64,000 bases of DNA, taken from Candidatus Bathyarchaeota archaeon. Lineage in GTDB: Archaea; Thermoproteota; Bathyarchaeia; Bathyarchaeales; Bathycorpusculaceae. The notes under the pieces are model-generated. The model did not search any database, was not told where the DNA came from, and worked only from the letters and a program-made list of their open reading frames with translations. Numbering within the stretch: the first letter of the stretch is position 1; the number at the start of each line of letters is the position of its first letter. Below are positions 59,268 through 64,000 of the stretch, piece by piece. Location of the stretch: the NCBI GenBank assembly GCA_963832745.1, contig CAWHVC010000001.1:384001-448000 (forward strand). Reading direction: 5' to 3'. Made by a program: the position numbers and the translations under genes.

Positions 59268-61994
59268 TTAGGTTTTGTTAACCATCCTTCTAAACAAGTA
59301 TCCTTGTCCTTGCGCTATAGCATCTTTAGTTGCTGTTCCATAAAGCTTCAACAGAACAGAGACCAACCCAGTCCAGCCTGTTTGGTGACTTGCGCCAAGA
59401 CCTGCTCCATTGTCGCCATGGAAGTATTCGTAAAACAAGAGGTTATCTTTCCAGTAAGGGTCGGTCTGGAATTTTTCTGTTCCACCATAAACCGGTCGTT
59501 TGCCGTTTTGGTCACGAAGGAAAGTTTTTGTTAGTCTTTTAGCAATTTCTTGGCTAACTTCAAAAAGATTCATCATATTTCCTGAACCTGTTGGGCATTC
59601 AATTTTGAAGCTGTCTCCATAATAAGCGTAATAGTTTAGCAGTGCTCGAAGTATTAGGATGTTAATTGGGAACCATACTGGTCCACGCCAGTTTGAGTTG
59701 CCGCCGAAAGCGCCAGTTATAGATTCTGCAGGAGCATACTCGATTCCTAATGCTTGTCCTGCAAGAGTGACAGAGTAAGGATGTTCAGCGTATGTTCGCG
59801 ACAATGAACGGATTCCGTAGGGACCCAAAAACTCGTTTTCGTCCAACATTCTTGTAAGTACGCGGCGGAGTTTATCTTCGGTAAGCAGACTGAGAAGAAC
59901 AGTTCCGTTTGCCCCTTGTTTGCCCGGGCGATGAATTTTTGTTACAAGTTCAGGATGATTTTTAACAAACCAAGTTACACGTTCAAGAAAATGAGGCATT
60001 TTTTCAATAAGGTCTGGCGTAAAAATACTGTTTGCACATAAAGCGATCAAACCAACCATTGAACGGATTTTAAGCCTAATTGCTCTTCCGTCAACATGCC
60101 GCAGAATATCATAATAGAAACCATCTTCTTCATCCCATAAACCCAGTTTAGTTGTTCCACCATTGTTCATGGCATGTGCAATCCACAGGAAATGTTCAAA
60201 GAATTTTATGGCTTGTTCTTCATATGCAGGATTCTCTTTGGCAAGTGTCGAAGCTAAAGTTAACATGTTTTGGCAGAACATTGCCATCCAAGCGGTACCA
60301 TCTGCTTGATCTAAGCTTACGCCGGGAGGCAGTTTTGCGCTACGGTCGAAAACTCCAATATTGTCAAGGCCCAAGAATCCGCCTTGGAAAACGTTTTTGC
60401 CTGAATCATCCTTCCGATTTACCCACCAGGTAAAATTCATCAACAATTTTTGAAAAGAGTTTTCAAGAAATTCAAGATCCCCCTTGCCGTATAAGGCTTC
60501 TTCAAGATTGTAATTGAAGATTATTGCCCAAGCGTGAACTGGTGGGTTAACGTCGTTAAAGTTCCATTCGTATGCGGGAAATTGGCCGTTCGGGTGTAGA
60601 TAACGTTCGTTAAGCATCAGGTTTAATTGTTGTTTAGCAAATTCAGGATCAACCATTGAAATAGCTACTGTGTGAAAAGCTAAGTCCCAAGCCGCGTACC
60701 AAGGGTATTCCCACTTATCAGGCATTGAGATTACATCGCTGTTTACCATATGGAACCAGTTGATGTTTCTAATTGGTTTTTGGGATTCCGTGTAAAAGTC
60801 TACTTGATGTTCATTTAACCATTTTGCTATGTCATAGTCGTAATATTGTTTGCTCCAAAGCATGCCTGAAAGGGCTTGTCTAAGGACGTTTCTTTCATCG
60901 TCGTTTAATGTTTTTGGGCTTATTAAATCGTAAAATTCGTCTGCTTCTTTTGTGCGAGCCATGAAAAGTTCATCGAAACTGTTACCAAACATGTTCTCTA
61001 AGTCAACATCTCGGGGTTTATCGGTGGTTAGCCTTAACTTTACTGTTACTGACTGTTTTGCTGGCACAGTAAACATGTAATTCGCTGAGGTTTTAGTTCC
61101 GACCTGAGCTGGATTAACGGCATTCTCATCTCCATTAACAACATAATTGTTAATGCCGTCCTTAACGTAAGGTGTAAGGTTATTGGTTCCAAACAGTCGT
61201 CGATTGTTATTTTCATTTTCTGTAAACAACAGCGGAATTGCTCCCTCACAATAAAGGTAACGTTTTCCTAAAAACTGGTGTTCAGCTTCAACCGCGCTGA
61301 CGTTCTGGGACATTTTTAATTCTTTAATTATCGGATGTTCAAGGGGTATTTTGCTGCCATACCATATATTTCGGAACCACAAAGTAGGCATTACTGTTAA
61401 AGGTGCAGCTTGGTTTGAACGGTTGAAAGCAGTTATTTTGATAAAAATGTCTTCGGGCGATTTTTTGGCATATTCAACGTAAACGTCGAAGTATTGGTCT
61501 TGGCTAAAAATGCCAGTATCAATTAATTCATACTCGAATTCATAGCGGCTTCTTGCACGGTTAGTGTTTACAAGGTCAAGATAAGGGTAAGCGTTTTGCG
61601 GGTACTTGTAAAGGTACTTCATGTAGGAATGGGTTGGCGTGTTGTCGAGGTAAAAATAGTATTCCTTAACGTCTTCGCCGTGGTTTCCTTCACTGTTAGT
61701 TAAACCGAAAAGACGCTCCTTGAGAATAGGGTCTTTTCCGTTCCAGAGGGCAACTGAAAAGCATAAGTTTTGCTTGTCGTCACTGATGCCAGCGATACCG
61801 TCTTCACCCCAATGATACGCTCTTGAACGTGACTGGTCGTGTGTAAAATAATTCCATGCAGACCCATCGTTGCTGTAGTCTTCTCTCACGGTGCCCCATT
61901 GTCGCTCGCTCAAATAAGGTCCCCATTTTCGCCAAAGCACATGGTGCAGGCGTGATTCAATCAACCTATCTTTTTCTGAAGTCAAATTACCCAA
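59268..61994 (-). CDS. GH63-family glucosidase (MGH1-like)
   Basis: WGPYLSERQWGTVREDYS, MPDKWEYPWYAAWDLAFH, GLDNI, GASHQTGWT. Confidence 0.92.
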   Translation of the reverse strand: MGNLTSEKDRLIESRLHHVLWRKWGPYLSERQWGTVREDYSNDGSAWNYFTHDQSRSRAYHWGEDGIAGISDDKQNLCFSVALWNGKDPILKERLFGLTNSEGNHGEDVKEYYFYLDNTPTHSYMKYLYKYPQNAYPYLDLVNTNRARSRYEFEYELIDTGIFSQDQYFDVYVEYAKKSPEDIFIKITAFNRSNQAAPLTVMPTLWFRNIWYGSKIPLEHPIIKELKMSQNVSAVEAEHQFLGKRYLYCEGAIPLLFTENENNNRRLFGTNNLTPYVKDGINNYVVNGDENAVNPAQVGTKTSANYMFTVPAKQSVTVKLRLTTDKPRDVDLENMFGNSFDELFMARTKEADEFYDLISPKTLNDDERNVLRQALSGMLWSKQYYDYDIAKWLNEHQVDFYTESQKPIRNINWFHMVNSDVISMPDKWEYPWYAAWDLAFHTVAISMVDPEFAKQQLNLMLNERYLHPNGQFPAYEWNFNDVNPPVHAWAIIFNYNLEEALYGKGDLEFLENSFQKLLMNFTWWVNRKDDSGKNVFQGGFLGLDNIGVFDRSAKLPPGVSLDQADGTAWMAMFCQNMLTLASTLAKENPAYEEQAIKFFEHFLWIAHAMNNGGTTKLGLWDEEDGFYYDILRHVDGRAIRLKIRSMVGLIALCANSIFTPDLIEKMPHFLERVTWFVKNHPELVTKIHRPGKQGANGTVLLSLLTEDKLRRVLTRMLDENEFLGPYGIRSLSRTYAEHPYSVTLAGQALGIEYAPAESITGAFGGNSNWRGPVWFPINILILRALLNYYAYYGDSFKIECPTGSGNMMNLFEVSQEIAKRLTKTFLRDQNGKRPVYGGTEKFQTDPYWKDNLLFYEYFHGDNGAGLGASHQTGWTGLVSVLLKLYGTATKDAIAQGQGYLFRRMVNKT

Positions 61995-62045
61995 CTCAAA
62001 AGTAAGTTCCGATTTATCTAGGCGGAAAAGGGCATTATATGAATA

Positions 62046-62069
62046 TGTGACTGTTACTTGTAAACCACA
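62046..62069 (-). promoter_or_regulatory. 24-bp palindromic operator copy 8, upstream of the GH63 gene
   Basis: TGTGACTG-TTACTTGT-AAACCACA; on the minus strand CAGTCACA, then 4 nt, then CATATA. Confidence 0.62.
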
Positions 62070-62093
62070 TTAAGCAATACTTGTATACCAAAG

Positions 62094-63203
62094 TTAATGT
62101 AGAAAGTTTAGGAAGAATGTAGGGTTAGAAAAAAATTCCTCTTTAACCCAGCTAAACACAGTTTCTCTAGACGCCTCGGAGGCTTCCTTAAAACAATTAA
62201 TCATACAAAACTTGTTATCGCACATGGAGCTGTCTGTGGCTTGGAAATTTATTTCTTGATTTTCCCTCAGGTTAACAAGCTTCGCCTTTTTGTAGCATGG
62301 AAAAACGTTTAGGTTACAATCAACAGTCAATATGACTCTGCCGGCTTTACAGGGATACTTCATAGGCAAATTATCATGCGCTCTAAGCACATCCCGTAAA
62401 TAACCAGTAGTGTTTGCAACCTGTGAGCCAGCAAGTTTCATTTCTAAAATTTTGCCGACATTGTTACGGATGTTAACGTAGAAGTCGTTTGAAGACTTTT
62501 GCAGGTTTCCGCCAACAGTGAAGGTGCCCTCATTTGATGAAATGTATGGGTAAGAAAAAGAAAACGGAACACCCAAGTCGCCGTTAACGTAATTAACCAT
62601 TTTTGATACATCGTCAATGTTCCAGTTGGGGTTCAAAAAAGTTACGCCATACGTTTTTATGCCGCAAGCTTTCGCTAACTGGATAGTTTTTGTCGCTGTT
62701 TTGGATATGCCTGGAACGTGTTTTGCTTCATCCCACTGCTGATTAATATAATGATCCACAGAGACTGAAAGAGCATCCAAGTCTTTACTTAATTCAATAA
62801 TTGTTTGTTTAGGGATTGTTCCATTTGTTGTTATAGAAGTGATTAAACCTTTTTCTTTAGCATACTTCATCGCTTTAATCAGATAGGGGTATAATCCTGT
62901 TTCTCCACCAGTGAAGTAAGCTATTGAAAAATTATTTTTTTCTAACACGTCAATTACAAAAAAAATGTCAGCTAAAGACATATCGACAGGCGGAGAAGCC
63001 CAAATGTTACAACGATCAACACATTTAGCGTTGCATCTTGTAGTGACCTGAATGATGGCAAATTTTACTTCCCTATTGTTACGCATAAAACGAGAACCTA
63101 ACTTTACAAGCAATCCAAGATTCATCCAAAAAACGCCCTCACAGAAAAGAGTGAAAAGAAAAGAGTCAAAAGCCGTTGACAGCAATAAAGCTATGAAAAG
63201 CAC
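62094..63203 (-). CDS. radical SAM protein with atypical CX3CX3C motif and Cys-rich C-terminus
   Basis: VTTRCNAKCVDRC, FTGGE, TTNG, SVSVD, CKAG..PC..C; likely start ATG 63125. Confidence 0.85.
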   Translation of the reverse strand: MLFIALLLSTAFDSFLFTLFCEGVFWMNLGLLVKLGSRFMRNNREVKFAIIQVTTRCNAKCVDRCNIWASPPVDMSLADIFFVIDVLEKNNFSIAYFTGGETGLYPYLIKAMKYAKEKGLITSITTNGTIPKQTIIELSKDLDALSVSVDHYINQQWDEAKHVPGISKTATKTIQLAKACGIKTYGVTFLNPNWNIDDVSKMVNYVNGDLGVPFSFSYPYISSNEGTFTVGGNLQKSSNDFYVNIRNNVGKILEMKLAGSQVANTTGYLRDVLRAHDNLPMKYPCKAGRVILTVDCNLNVFPCYKKAKLVNLRENQEINFQATDSSMCDNKFCMINCFKEASEASRETVFSWVKEEFFSNPTFFLNFLH

Positions 63204-63235
63204 TGAACCTGTAAATTGATATTGAAAAGGTTGGT

Positions 63236-63556
63236 TTAAATGCTTACTTTGATTCCGCGTCTTATGTGTTTAGGCGGGCATTCTGTCATGTCTGCGCCTG
63301 ATGCGAGTTCAAGCAATGTTTTGTTTATCGTTATTACGTCGCCTACTGAAGAAATTATGCTAATAGGCATACAAACGTCGTAGCTTCCGAATGTTTTCTT
63401 GTAGCCAAGCGAAACGGCCGCCTTAGAAGACAACTTCATAACCATACTAGTAACTTGCCATTTGGTTATATCAAAGTCTACATCTTTGATTTCACCTATC
63501 TCGTCACCCTTTAAACTGACCACTTTTTTGCCAGAAAGTTCGTTTGCACTAACCAA
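63236..63556 (-). CDS. PRC-barrel domain protein
   Basis: ELSGKKVVSLKGDEIGEIKDV.FD...ISSVGDVI. Confidence 0.88.
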   Translation of the reverse strand: MVSANELSGKKVVSLKGDEIGEIKDVDFDITKWQVTSMVMKLSSKAAVSLGYKKTFGSYDVCMPISIISSVGDVITINKTLLELASGADMTECPPKHIRRGIKVSI

Positions 63557-63652
63557 TTTTTCACCTACTAAAAACCTGATGACTTACCTATACTCGGTGG
63601 CGGTTATATCTGTTTGTTTGCATTTTTGCTCCATAACCAAGACAACCGTCCA

Positions 63653-64000
63653 TCAAACAGGCCACTTTTTCATGATGTCCGAAGCTGGTTTACCGTTAAG
63701 CAGCAGATAAGCCATTTCCTCCATGTAAGGTTTAGCATGAATAAAAAAAGACTTCAACCCTTCACAAAGCCAATTCAATCCTTCTTCGCCATCGGGGGTT
63801 TTTAGGACACGGTTTTTTGGGCATTCACCGTAACATGTAAAAAGGAACTCACAGTTTTTGCAGTAACTCGGAAGACCATTAAACTTGGCGTTGCCGAAAT
63901 GTCGCTGTTTTTCACTGTAAACAAGATTTGATAACGGTTTTTGGGTTATATTTCCTAAAAAATAGGCGGGTTCAACATAGTGGTCGCAGGAGTAGAGGTC
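63653..64000 (-). CDS. anaerobic sulfatase maturase (SPASM C-terminus), truncated at the window edge
   Basis: Manual translation DLYSCDHYV...LPSYCKNCEFLFTCYGECPKNR...NWLCEG..., TGA at 63653-63655. Confidence 0.88.
   Translation of the reverse strand, partial: DLYSCDHYVEPAYFLGNITQKPLSNLVYSEKQRHFGNAKFNGLPSYCKNCEFLFTCYGECPKNRVLKTPDGEEGLNWLCEGLKSFFIHAKPYMEEMAYLLLNGKPASDIMKKWPV

Noticed and set aside
1-64000. CRISPR array, rRNA or intact transposase
   Set aside because: I saw no regularly spaced direct repeats, rRNA-like sequence or transposase ORF.

Overview
Archaeal chromosomal window: archaeal tRNAs, Trm1, a four-subunit POR, split ACD, PEF-CTERM surface proteins and TATA-type promoters. The gene style suggests Bathyarchaeia (inference). 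From left to right: (1) a SNF2 helicase with a translationally coupled Zn-finger partner running off the left edge. (2) A ~16.5 kb island bounded by a tyrosine-integrase relic and a patch of gene fragments. It carries an MFS, a complete urease operon (ureABC-orf109-ureEFGD) and, divergently, a coiled-coil microprotein, urea transporter, GlnK-less Amt and CLC channel, followed by PiT/DUF47 and a decayed P-type H+-ATPase; together this resembles an acid-resistance module. (3) acdB-acdA, an ABC exporter, and two decayed integrative elements, one with a tRNA-Ala-like att fragment and one an AT-rich island at tRNA-Asn. (4) Core genes: B12 radical SAM, porCDAB, tRNA-Ala, GT2 plus radical SAM, a PEF-CTERM/PIG-V-like envelope cluster, F420 LLM oxidoreductase, NTPase, trm1, proC, HAD, a pentameric ligand-gated channel homolog, glycogen debranching enzyme, GH63, a radical SAM with a CX3CX3C motif, a PRC-barrel protein and a partial anaerobic sulfatase maturase. 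The strongest non-genic signal is a 24-bp palindrome, TGTGAYTG-N8-CARTCACA, found eight times. It is always intergenic and nearly always 4 nt upstream of a TATA-like hexamer, so it is a candidate undescribed regulon. No CRISPR array or rRNA was seen. Several single-base frameshifts may be assembly errors.
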